A program made the translations under genes and the position numbers. Positions 18,670-27,694 of a stretch of DNA of 64,000 nucleotides are shown in pieces. Source of the stretch: an uncultured Gammaproteobacteria bacterium. Its GTDB lineage: Bacteria > Patescibacteriota > Patescibacteriia > Patescibacteriales > UBA12465. The notes below the pieces were generated by a model. It worked only from the letters and a program-made list of their open reading frames with translations, was not told the origin of the DNA and did no database searches. The stretch spans positions 52-64,051 of the forward strand of contig CAZPPI010000003.1 of NCBI GenBank assembly GCA_964588435.1, in the 5' to 3' direction. Position 1 is the first letter of the stretch. The number at the start of each line of letters is the position of its first letter.

Positions 18670-19101
18670 ATGTTAATTGGAGAATACAATCACAATCTCG
18701 ATGACAAGGGTCGATTAGCAATACCGGCTAAATTTCGAGCTATCTTAAAAAAGGGCGCAGTCGTTACCAAGGGTTTGGACGGCTGTTTATTTTTATATGG
18801 CAAAGAGCAGTTTACTAAAATTGCGACCAGCCTTGCTGCGCTACCGATTAGTCAATCAAAAGCTCGTGCTTTTAGTCGCCATATGTTAGCTGGGGCGATG
18901 GACTTAGAATTTGATAATCAGGGAAGAATTACTTTACCAGAGTATTTAAGAGAATTTTCTTTTTTAAAGAAAAGGGTTATCGTTGCTGGTTTATATGATC
19001 ATTTAGAAATTTGGGATGAAGCTGCCTGGAAAAAATATAAAACTGAATCAGAAAAAAATACTAATACAATCGCTGAAGAATTGGGAAATTTAGGAATTTA
19101 A
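18670..19101 (+). CDS. mraZ: transcriptional regulator MraZ
   Basis: Duplicated SpoVT/AbrB-like halves with DDKGRLAIPAKFR and DNQGRITLPEYLR. Confidence 0.92.
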   Translation: MLIGEYNHNLDDKGRLAIPAKFRAILKKGAVVTKGLDGCLFLYGKEQFTKIATSLAALPISQSKARAFSRHMLAGAMDLEFDNQGRITLPEYLREFSFLKKRVIVAGLYDHLEIWDEAAWKKYKTESEKNTNTIAEELGNLGI

Positions 19102-19102
19102 T

Positions 19103-19993
19103 ATGATTTATAGTCATGTGCCAGTAATGCTTAAGGAAATTATTTCTTTCCTTGATCCGAGGGTAGGAGGAAAATTCATCGACTGTACTTTAGGTGGCGC
19201 TGGTTATACAAAGGCGATAGCGGAATTGGTCGGAGAGAAGGGAAAGATTTTAGGAATCGATTTGGACGAACTCGCTCTAGAAAATGCAGCTAGATTATTA
19301 AAAGAAAAGAAATTAAATAATGTTGAGTTAGTAAGAAGTAATTTTAAAAATTTAGATGAAGTAGCGGAATCAGTTTTTCCGGGAGAGTTAGTTGATGGCA
19401 TTGTTTTTGATCTTGGTCTTTCCTCGGCTCAACTTGATGATGAGGAAAGAGGATTTTCCTTTAAAGGTGAGAGGAGCCTTAATATGTCATTTGGTTCCGA
19501 TGATGAGCTTTTAACTGAAAAAATAGTTAATTCCTATCCCTTATTGGAATTAACTAGAATATTTCGTGAATATGGAGAAGAAAAACAGGCTTATCGTATT
19601 GCTAAAAAAATTGTTGAAACCAGAAAAAAGAAAAAGATCAAAACTACTGCTGACTTATGTGCTTTAATAGAGGGAATTATTCCCCTTCGCCCTTGGTCTA
19701 AAATTCATCCAGCGACAAAAGTATTTCAGGCTTTAAGGATGGAAACCAATCAGGAATTAGAAGTTTTAGTTGAAGCTCTAGAAAAGGCAGAAAAGAAATT
19801 AAAAAAAGGTGGCAGATTAGTGGTTGTTTCTTTCCATAGTGGTGAAGATAGAATTGTGAAGAATTTTTTAAGAGATAGGAAGGGAAAAAGTTTTAACATT
19901 CTAACCAAGAGACCTCTTATTCCTGAAGCTTTTGAGACCAGTAGTAATAAAAGAGCGAGAAGTGCAAAATTGCGAGCCGCTCAAAAAATTTAG
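19103..19993 (+). CDS. rsmH: 16S rRNA (cytosine1402-N4)-methyltransferase RsmH
   Basis: HVPVML, DCTLGGAGYT, FDLGLSSAQLD, SFHSGEDRIVK and NKRARSAKLR motifs. Confidence 0.92.
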   Translation: MIYSHVPVMLKEIISFLDPRVGGKFIDCTLGGAGYTKAIAELVGEKGKILGIDLDELALENAARLLKEKKLNNVELVRSNFKNLDEVAESVFPGELVDGIVFDLGLSSAQLDDEERGFSFKGERSLNMSFGSDDELLTEKIVNSYPLLELTRIFREYGEEKQAYRIAKKIVETRKKKKIKTTADLCALIEGIIPLRPWSKIHPATKVFQALRMETNQELEVLVEALEKAEKKLKKGGRLVVVSFHSGEDRIVKNFLRDRKGKSFNILTKRPLIPEAFETSSNKRARSAKLRAAQKI

Positions 19994-20022
19994 ATAATTT
20001 TCAAGTTAAAAATATAAAAACT

Positions 20023-20355
20023 ATGGCAAATAATAATTACGATTTAAGAAGAAATAACCAAAGAAAGCAAGGCAGCCCCGCTTGGCGTTGTTTTAATTTC
20101 TTTGTTTTTTCTTTCATTTTTATTGGTATTGGTTTTTATTTATTTAATATCAGTCAGTTAGCAACTCAGGGCTTTGTTCTAAAAGAATTAAGCTTTAAGA
20201 CCGATATTCTAGCAGTTGAGAAATCAGAGCTAGAGGAAAAAGTAAGTTTTGCTCAATCATATTATGCTATTAATTCAAGAGTAGCGCAGTTAAATATGGT
20301 TGAAGTAGCTGAATTCGAATATTTAAAGCCAGCAGCTTCAGTGGCTAGAAAATAA
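20023..20355 (+). CDS. ftsL: FtsL-like cell division protein
   Basis: The call rests on position (between rsmH and ftsI) and architecture (short cytoplasmic tail, one TM, coiled coil). No sequence motif supports it. Confidence 0.55.
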   Translation: MANNNYDLRRNNQRKQGSPAWRCFNFFVFSFIFIGIGFYLFNISQLATQGFVLKELSFKTDILAVEKSELEEKVSFAQSYYAINSRVAQLNMVEVAEFEYLKPAASVARK

Positions 20356-20361
20356 TTTAAT

Positions 20362-22380
20362 ATGAGGCTGATAAAGATGGGAAAAAGAAGGGGGCCAGAA
20401 AAATCAAAAATTGGGCTTGGCCGCTGGCGTTTGGTCGTTGCGGTCGTTTTTTTATTATCATTTTCTTTAGTTTATAAACTATTTACGGTTCAGGTTACTG
20501 AAGCCGAAACTTATAAAGCTAGGGCGGCTAATCAACATGAAGTTTCATCGCAATTAATACCAGAGAGAGGAAAAATATATTTTACTGAAAGATCGACTGA
20601 GGGAGAAAAACTTTATGCTGCTGCTGCAGTTAGAGACTTAGCAACAATTTACTCTGTTCCTAAAGATATTACCGCACCATTAGAAATGGCGGAAAAATTC
20701 TATGAATTTTTCGACAAAGCAGTCTTAGAGCAAGAATTGAAGAGTAAAAATTTAAATGATTTAAATATTGCTACCTCAACTAAAGAGGAAATAATAAAAT
20801 CTTACCTACTTCGTTTTGATAAACAGGGAGATCCTTATGAGCCTTTGAACAAAACTATTGAAACTAATCGTTTGCTTGAGCTTTATGCTTTTTTAGTTAG
20901 TTCTGATTATCTTGAAGCTGAGGAAATAAAGCGCGGCTCTTTGCGTGATTTAGTGCCAAGAGATATTAGCGCAGAGGATCTTGAATTCAGGAATGAAAAA
21001 ATTTATTTAACTATTAAAGAATTTGACGAATTAAGTGGTGAGGAAAAAGAAGTAAAAAAAGTTTTAGATATACCGGGACTCGGTTTCACTTTTTCGAAAT
21101 ATCGTTATTATCCTGAGAATGAAGTTGCTTCACAGGTTCTCGGTTATGTCAGTTATACTAATGATGAAGGTAGCGGTCATTATGGTTTGGAAGAGTTTTT
21201 TGATAAGGAATTATTTGGTAAGTATGGACAGCTAAAATCAGAAAAAGGAAATTCAGCAAATTTAATTATTGTAAATGATAGAGAGTATATTGCTCCACAG
21301 GCAGGCTCGGATTTAGTTTTAACTATTGATAGAAACATAGAATTTTTTGCTTGTGAAAAACTTAAGGAGGCTGTCACAAAGTTTGAGGCGACTGGGGGGT
21401 CGGTTATCGTAGTTGAGCCAAAAACAGGTGCAATCTTGGCTATGTGTTCAGAACCAAATTTTAATCCCAATGACTATCAAAATGTCAAAGATTTAAGTTA
21501 TTTTAATAATCCGACGATTTTATATCAATATGAGCCTGGTTCTGTTTTTAAAGTAATTACGATGGCGGCTGCTATTAACGAGGGCAAAGTAAATCCCTCA
21601 ACTTTATATGAAGATAAAGGAGAAATAATGATTAGTGGTTGGAACAAACCGATTAGAAATTCTGATTTTAGCACTAAGGGGGCGCATGGTTTAGTTGATA
21701 TGAATTATGTTTTAGATAACTCTTTAAACACCGGAGCCATTTTCGCGATGCGACAAATCGGCGATAGTGTTTTTGCTAAATATGTTCAAGATTTTGGTTT
21801 CGGTGAGAGAAGTGGGGTTGAGCTTGGTGCTGAAAGTCCGGGTAATATTAATAATTTATTAAAAAATAGAGTTAAGGAAATTGATGTGGCAACTGCCTCT
21901 TTTGGACAAGGAATAGCAGTTACGCCCTTACAAATGATAATGTCTTATCAAGCGATTGCTAACAAAGGAGTTCTAATGAAGCCTTATGTTGTTAAAAAAA
22001 TAATTAATAACGGAGTTGAGGAGGTAATAAACCCGAAGAAAATAAAGGAGGTCATTAGTCCAGAAACAGCGGCGACAGTTTCAGCGATGTTAGTTAATAT
22101 TGTTGAAAAGGGTCACTCAAAAAGAGCGGCGATTGAAGGTTATTATTTAGGAGGTAAAACGGGAACGGCTCAAATTGCGACGGTTGGCGGTTATAAAAAA
22201 GATGAATGGGTTCATACTTTTATCGGCGTTGCTCCAATTGATGAGCCAGCTTTTGTGATGTTAGTAAAAATTGACAGCCCGAAAGGAGTTCAGTATGCTG
22301 AAGGTTCGACAGTACCACTGTGGCGCGATATTGCTGAATTTATTCTTCGTTATTATCAAATACCAAAAACAAGAAAATAA
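20362..22380 (+). CDS. ftsI: class B penicillin-binding protein / peptidoglycan D,D-transpeptidase (FtsI/PBP2-like)
   Basis: N-terminal TM. Transpeptidase motifs SVFK (SxxK), SLN (SxN) and KTGTA (KTG). Confidence 0.88.
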   Translation: MRLIKMGKRRGPEKSKIGLGRWRLVVAVVFLLSFSLVYKLFTVQVTEAETYKARAANQHEVSSQLIPERGKIYFTERSTEGEKLYAAAAVRDLATIYSVPKDITAPLEMAEKFYEFFDKAVLEQELKSKNLNDLNIATSTKEEIIKSYLLRFDKQGDPYEPLNKTIETNRLLELYAFLVSSDYLEAEEIKRGSLRDLVPRDISAEDLEFRNEKIYLTIKEFDELSGEEKEVKKVLDIPGLGFTFSKYRYYPENEVASQVLGYVSYTNDEGSGHYGLEEFFDKELFGKYGQLKSEKGNSANLIIVNDREYIAPQAGSDLVLTIDRNIEFFACEKLKEAVTKFEATGGSVIVVEPKTGAILAMCSEPNFNPNDYQNVKDLSYFNNPTILYQYEPGSVFKVITMAAAINEGKVNPSTLYEDKGEIMISGWNKPIRNSDFSTKGAHGLVDMNYVLDNSLNTGAIFAMRQIGDSVFAKYVQDFGFGERSGVELGAESPGNINNLLKNRVKEIDVATASFGQGIAVTPLQMIMSYQAIANKGVLMKPYVVKKIINNGVEEVINPKKIKEVISPETAATVSAMLVNIVEKGHSKRAAIEGYYLGGKTGTAQIATVGGYKKDEWVHTFIGVAPIDEPAFVMLVKIDSPKGVQYAEGSTVPLWRDIAEFILRYYQIPKTRK

Positions 22381-22381
22381 G

Positions 22382-23665
22382 ATGAAAAAAATTTTAATAT
22401 TTAAATTAAGAGTTCTTGCTAAATTAATTCTTTTAAGAAAGAAGCCTTTAGTTATTGGTATAACTGGCTCAATCGGAAAAAGCAGTACCAAAGAAGCTTT
22501 GTCTTTAATTTTGAGAAAAAAATTCAAAGTTAGAGCAACTTATAAAAATTATAATAATGAGATTGGTTTGCCCCTAACTATTATTGGCGCAAAATCTCCA
22601 GGAAAAAATATTCTTTCTTGGTTTAGTGTTTTCTTTTTGGCTCTTAAAATAATTATTTTTGGTGATAAAAATTATCCGGAGATATTGATTTTAGAGATGG
22701 GAATTGATAGACCAGGAGATTTAAAATATTTATGTTCTTTAGCTAAGCCAAAGATTGGTATTGTTACTTCTGTTAGTTATGCTCATATAGAATATTTTGG
22801 TTCGCTTTTAGAAATTAAAAAAGAAAAAGAGATTTTAGTGAAATCGCTCCAGGCTCATGGTACGGCTATTTTAAATTTTGATAATGAATTTTGCAAAGAA
22901 ATGGCAGAAAGTAGTAGGGTTAAAGTTATAAGCTATAGTTTTAAAGAAGGAGCTGATTTAATTGCTCAAGATATAAAATATAATTTTGATAAAGGCGATT
23001 ATGAGCTTAGTGGAATAAATTTTAAATTAAATTTTCGAGGTTCAATTGTTCCAGTTTTAATGAAAAATGCTTTGTCGCCGGGAGCAGTCTATGCATCTTT
23101 AGCGGCAACGGCCTGTGGTTTGGAACTCGGGCTTAACTTGGTTGATATTGCTAATTCTTTAAAAGATTTTTCTTTACCAAAAGGAAGAATGAATGTTTTG
23201 CCCGGGATTAATAACTCCTTTATTATCGATGATAGTTATAATTCTTCACCAGAGGCTTGTTTGTCAGCTTTAGATGTTTTAGGAAGTATTAAAATTGAAT
23301 CTAAGGCTAAAAAATATGTTGTTTTGGGGGATATGTTAGAAATTGGATCTTATGCCGACGAAGGGCATCGTTTAGTTGGTGAGAAAGTTGCTCGAATAAA
23401 AATAGATGTTTTAATTACTATTGGTAATAAATCTTTAATTACCCTTGAGGCTGCTCTTAAAAATGGGTTAGATAAAGATAAATCATTTCACTTCAATGAC
23501 ACTTTTGAGATTGGAAAGTTTTTAGTTAATTGTATTAATTCTGGGGACATAATCTTAGTTAAAGGTTCTCAAGGAATGCGTTTGGAAAAAGTTGTTAAGG
23601 AGATTATGTTAGAAAAAGATCGTGCTTCTGAACTTTTGGTTCGTCAAGGGGGCGGTTGGAAATAG
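22382..23665 (+). CDS. murF: UDP-N-acetylmuramoyl-tripeptide--D-alanyl-D-alanine ligase MurF
   Basis: Mur ligase P-loop GITGSIGKSSTKE, DDSYNSSPEA, and dcw context. I take the start as ATG 22382 rather than the 22271 extension, which overlaps ftsI. Confidence 0.85.
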   Translation: MKKILIFKLRVLAKLILLRKKPLVIGITGSIGKSSTKEALSLILRKKFKVRATYKNYNNEIGLPLTIIGAKSPGKNILSWFSVFFLALKIIIFGDKNYPEILILEMGIDRPGDLKYLCSLAKPKIGIVTSVSYAHIEYFGSLLEIKKEKEILVKSLQAHGTAILNFDNEFCKEMAESSRVKVISYSFKEGADLIAQDIKYNFDKGDYELSGINFKLNFRGSIVPVLMKNALSPGAVYASLAATACGLELGLNLVDIANSLKDFSLPKGRMNVLPGINNSFIIDDSYNSSPEACLSALDVLGSIKIESKAKKYVVLGDMLEIGSYADEGHRLVGEKVARIKIDVLITIGNKSLITLEAALKNGLDKDKSFHFNDTFEIGKFLVNCINSGDIILVKGSQGMRLEKVVKEIMLEKDRASELLVRQGGGWK

Positions 23666-23746
23666 AATTTAAGACTTTAAAATTAGCTTATCATTAAATA
23701 TTTTTTTGTTTGCTAAGGCACAGTAAATATACTATACTATATTTAT

Positions 23747-24622
23747 ATGCCTATTTTAATTTTAGGGGCTCAAGGTAATCTTGGTAGCCAACTTAATAAA
23801 ATTTTTTCTGATGATTATAATACCGTCGCTTGGGATCGGGAGGATTTTGATGTGCTTGATTTTGAGCTTTTACGTGAGAAAATTTTAAAATTAAGACCAC
23901 GTTTAATAATTAATACTGTTGCCTTTAATGCAGTTGATCTTTGTGAAAATAAAGATGGTTTTGCTAAAGCTTTAAAATTAAATGCCGAATTACCTGGAGT
24001 TTTAGCTGATATTGCTTTAAGAATCCAAGCTATTTTAATCCATTATTCAAGTGACTATGTTTTTAGTGGCACGGAAGATAAGCAATTTTTTATAGAAAAT
24101 GAAACGCCGAATCCGATTAATAAGTATGGTGAAAGTAAATTCGCCGGCGAACTTGAATTAAAAAAACGAGCTGCAAATGGTCTTAACTATTATTTAATTA
24201 GAACCTCGAAGCTTTTTGGTCCAGCAGGGACTAGTGAAGCGGCCAAGCCTAGCTTTTTCGAGTTGATGCTTAATCTTGCAAGCAAGGGCGGGGAATTAAC
24301 GGTGGTTAAAGAGGAATTAAGTTGTTTTACTTATACTTTTGATTTAGCCCAGGCAACTAAAAGACTTTGGGAGCTTAAAGTTCCTTTCGGAGAATTCCAT
24401 CTAATAAACGAAGGACCCTGTACTTGGTATGAGGCGGTTACAGAGTTTTTTGCTCTACAAAAATTATCGGTAAAAATTAGGGCTATTAGAAGTGAAGATC
24501 TTTTACGAGCGGCTAGACGACCAAAATTTTCAGTTTTAAAAAATACTAAGGTAAAGAAGTTAAGAACTTTTAGTCAGGCTTTATTGGAGTATGTTGACCT
24601 ATTAAATCTTAAACAAAAATAA
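23747..24622 (+). CDS. rfbD: dTDP-4-dehydrorhamnose reductase
   Basis: ILGAQGNLGSQL, SSDYVFSG and NKYGESKFAGE motifs. Confidence 0.85.
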   Translation: MPILILGAQGNLGSQLNKIFSDDYNTVAWDREDFDVLDFELLREKILKLRPRLIINTVAFNAVDLCENKDGFAKALKLNAELPGVLADIALRIQAILIHYSSDYVFSGTEDKQFFIENETPNPINKYGESKFAGELELKKRAANGLNYYLIRTSKLFGPAGTSEAAKPSFFELMLNLASKGGELTVVKEELSCFTYTFDLAQATKRLWELKVPFGEFHLINEGPCTWYEAVTEFFALQKLSVKIRAIRSEDLLRAARRPKFSVLKNTKVKKLRTFSQALLEYVDLLNLKQK

Positions 24623-24624
24623 AT

Positions 24625-25350
24625 ATGAGAGGTATTATTTTGTCAGGTGGCTCCGGTAGTCGCTTAAAACCTTTAACAAAGATAACGAGTAAACAGTTAT
24701 TACCGATTTATGATCGGCCGATGATTTATTATCCGTTAAATACTTTAATTAAAGCGGGTATTAAGGAAATTTTAATTATTGTTGCTCCAGAAAGGGCTGG
24801 CGATTATTTGAATCTTTTAGGTAGTGGTAAAGAATTTGGGGTAAAGTTTACTTATGAGATTCAAGATAAACCAGAGGGCCTAGCTCAAGCTTTTATTATT
24901 GCTGAAAATTTTATTGATCAAGAAAGTGTAACGATGATTTTAGGTGATAATATTTTTGAGGATGATTTTTCTGATGAAATTAAAAATTTTAAGAGTGGTG
25001 CAAAGATTTTTGCCAAAAAAGTTTCAGATCCGGAAAGATTTGGGGTCATTAAATTAGATGAAAATTTGAAGCCAGAATTGATAGTAGAGAAGCCAAAAGA
25101 AAAAATCTCTGATTTAGCTGTCACTGGACTTTATGTTTTTGATAATCGTGTTATTGAAATCGCTAAGAATATAAAGCCTAGCGAGCGTGGTGAATTAGAA
25201 ATTACCGATCTTAATAATTGGTATTTAAAAAAAGGAGAGCTTGAGGTTGCCATGGTTAATGGCGAGTGGTTAGATGCGGGAACTTTTGATAGTTTATTAA
25301 GAGCTCAAAATATTGCCAAAGAAAAGTTAGCAGGGAAGATGATAATTTAG
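24625..25350 (+). CDS. rfbA: sugar-phosphate nucleotidyltransferase, short glucose-1-phosphate thymidylyltransferase-like form
   Basis: GIILSGGSGSRLKPLTKITSKQLLPIYDRPMIYYPL N-terminal signature. Adjacent to rfbD. Confidence 0.75.
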   Translation: MRGIILSGGSGSRLKPLTKITSKQLLPIYDRPMIYYPLNTLIKAGIKEILIIVAPERAGDYLNLLGSGKEFGVKFTYEIQDKPEGLAQAFIIAENFIDQESVTMILGDNIFEDDFSDEIKNFKSGAKIFAKKVSDPERFGVIKLDENLKPELIVEKPKEKISDLAVTGLYVFDNRVIEIAKNIKPSERGELEITDLNNWYLKKGELEVAMVNGEWLDAGTFDSLLRAQNIAKEKLAGKMII

Positions 25351-25354
25351 TTTT

Positions 25355-26353
25355 ATGAAGCTAGCGATCGGTTTTATAACTTATAATGAAAGTTCTAGCC
25401 CCTATTTACCTTATTTTTTAAAAAGTTTAAAAGAGGCGCTTGATTTTGCTGGTCTTAATGATTATCTCGTTTTTGGTTTTGAAAATAGCGATTTAGACTT
25501 TAGAGATAATAGTAAGTTGATTGAAGAGTTTTTATCTCTTAATCCTGATTTTAATTATCAACAATTAGGGGCTAATGGTAAAAATTTAGGTTTTGCTAAG
25601 CCCTATAATTTAATGATTGAGGCAGCCTTGTTATCTGGTTTTGATTGTTTCTTAGTAATTAATCCTGATGTTGTTTTCTCTCGAGAATCAATTCGGCTTT
25701 TGATTGAACCCTTATTACTTGATAATAATTTATCAGCTACGGCACCGAGAATTATGTCTTGGAATTTTAAAAAATCAAAAGGGAATAATTTGATTGATTC
25801 CTTTGGTATTGGTTTGAAACGGGGTTTGAAATTTTTTGATATTGCTCAAGGTGAAGAATATCGGGAAGAAAGAAAAAAATACTATTTATCTCAGGCGAAA
25901 AATATTTTAGCTCCGAGTGGAGCGGCCGGTCTTTATCGACTTAAGGCCTTGATAGAAGTGGCGGAAATAAGGGCTGGTAAAAAAGAATACTTTGATGAAC
26001 GCTTTTTTATGTATAAAGAAGACTGTGATTTGGCTTATCGTTTACATTTTTTAGGCCTAAAAACACTATTGGTTTTTGATTCCATTATTTATCACGATAG
26101 AACGACGAAATCGCTTGGCTCTGGATTATTTACTTTTTTTAAGGCCAGGGCTAAGAAGAGTCGCCCGGCAAGACGATGGTCTTTTAGAAATCAACATTTC
26201 ATTTTTATTAAACATTTTTTAGTTCAAAGTTTTTTATCGAAAATAGTAGTTATTGTTAAAATCCTTTCTATGTTAGTTTTTGCGCTTATATTTGAGCAAT
26301 ATTTACTTAAAGAATATAAAAAAATCTATTTATTTTGGAAAAATAGGTTTTAA
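25355..26353 (+). CDS. glycosyltransferase, GT2 family (rhamnosyltransferase-like) with a C-terminal TM segment
   Basis: GFITYNES start, NPDVVF and YKEDCDLAYR motifs, hydrophobic tail. Confidence 0.7.
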   Translation: MKLAIGFITYNESSSPYLPYFLKSLKEALDFAGLNDYLVFGFENSDLDFRDNSKLIEEFLSLNPDFNYQQLGANGKNLGFAKPYNLMIEAALLSGFDCFLVINPDVVFSRESIRLLIEPLLLDNNLSATAPRIMSWNFKKSKGNNLIDSFGIGLKRGLKFFDIAQGEEYREERKKYYLSQAKNILAPSGAAGLYRLKALIEVAEIRAGKKEYFDERFFMYKEDCDLAYRLHFLGLKTLLVFDSIIYHDRTTKSLGSGLFTFFKARAKKSRPARRWSFRNQHFIFIKHFLVQSFLSKIVVIVKILSMLVFALIFEQYLLKEYKKIYLFWKNRF

Positions 26354-26480
26354 TCCCTAAAATTAGCTCTAAAAAGGCTAATATTTATTATTAGTATTTT
26401 TAGTTAGGTTTGCTATTGACTAATATAAAATATTGTGATAAATTGATAGTAAACTTATAATTTAGCAATATTAAAATAGT

Positions 26481-27539
26481 ATGGAAAATCTATCTGAAGT
26501 TTTGTTAGAAAAAATTATTAAAGAAGAACGCAATGAAGAAATGGCTCGACTTGATGCTATTAGTATTGTAAATTCTTTATTTTCAGAGCTCCTTGAGCGA
26601 GAGAGAGATATTTTATCTCGTCGTTTTGGTTTAAAAGGTAATAAATCAGAGACTCTGGAAAAAATTGGCAATCTTCATAATTTAACAAGAGAAAGGGTCC
26701 GTCAGATTGAAGCTGCTAGTATTAAGAAAATTAAAAAACTTGACGATTTAGAAAAATATATTTCTTTGTTAAAAGAAATTATTAATAAATTATTAGAAGA
26801 ACATGGTGGTTTATTAAGAAAAGACTTTCTTTTAGATATTTTAACTGTTATTTCTTTGGAGATTAATGGTAAGCTTGAACCGGGGACAAAAGAATATGAG
26901 GATGTCAAATCTTCTTATAGAAATCATTTCAACTTTTTAATTAGTAAATTAATGTCTGATGATTTAGAGCAGGGTAATATTGTCGATGATTTCAATCCTT
27001 CAATTAAGATTAAAGAGAAAGAGCTTGGTTTTTTTCAAGAACTAGCTAAAGATTTAATGAAGAAAGTTGAGTCAATGAAAAGAACTTTAAAGACTGATGA
27101 GCTTATTCAGACTGTAAAAGAATTAGATGCTTACGCTAAATATCAAGATATGATAGAACGGGTTAAAGACACCGGAGCTGATATTACCAGAATCTTTAAA
27201 AGCAAAATTTTTCCTGATAAAGCTGAGGTTATAAATAACAACAAAATACTTTATTCTTTAATTCAGGCGATAAAAAATCTTGAGCAAAATAAATTTGGTG
27301 AATGGGGTCTTGCTAATTCTGGTCAAATCAGACCAAAAACAGTTAACGATAAGATTTATTTAATTTTAAAACATAACGGGAAGCCACTTCATTTTACAGA
27401 GATAGCTGATAAAATTAATGAAATTGCTTTTGATAAGAAGAAGGCGAATGCAGCCACCGTTCATAATGAATTAATTCTTGATGATAGATATTGTTTGACT
27501 AGTCGCGGTACATATGGCCTTAAAGAGTGGCAAAAATAA
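26481..27539 (+). CDS. DNA-binding protein with N-terminal sigma-70 region 4 and C-terminal HARE-HTH domain (no sigma region 2)
   Basis: ERERDILSRRFGL...ETLEKIGNLHNLTRERVRQIEAASIKKIKKL matches sigma regions 4.1/4.2 (nt about 26577-26738). DKIYLILKHNGKPLHFTEIADKI...GTYGLKEW matches the HARE-HTH of the RNAP delta subunit type (nt about 27339-27536). Confidence 0.7.
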   Translation: MENLSEVLLEKIIKEERNEEMARLDAISIVNSLFSELLERERDILSRRFGLKGNKSETLEKIGNLHNLTRERVRQIEAASIKKIKKLDDLEKYISLLKEIINKLLEEHGGLLRKDFLLDILTVISLEINGKLEPGTKEYEDVKSSYRNHFNFLISKLMSDDLEQGNIVDDFNPSIKIKEKELGFFQELAKDLMKKVESMKRTLKTDELIQTVKELDAYAKYQDMIERVKDTGADITRIFKSKIFPDKAEVINNNKILYSLIQAIKNLEQNKFGEWGLANSGQIRPKTVNDKIYLILKHNGKPLHFTEIADKINEIAFDKKKANAATVHNELILDDRYCLTSRGTYGLKEWQK

Positions 27540-27557
27540 ATCCTTTTTAGATGAATT

Positions 27558-27591
27558 TAAACAGGCTTAAGATGATTGAGCCTGTTTTTTT
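27558..27591 (+). terminator. rho-independent terminator
   Basis: ACAGGCT (27561-27567) / AGCCTGT (27579-27585) stem followed by TTTTTTT. Confidence 0.7.
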
Positions 27592-27694
27592 GTAGAGTGA
27601 TTTTTGTTAAATAAAATTTTATCTTTTTTTGAAAATATGTTAAAATAAAGGCGTAAGTTAATGTTGGTTTATTTTTAGAACTCTCTATTTTTCT

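Noticed and set aside
22271-22381. N-terminal extension of murF starting at 22271, which overlaps ftsI by 110 nt.
   Set aside because: The extension has no Mur ligase similarity. ATG 22382 lies 1 nt after the ftsI stop codon and gives a normal MurF N-terminus.
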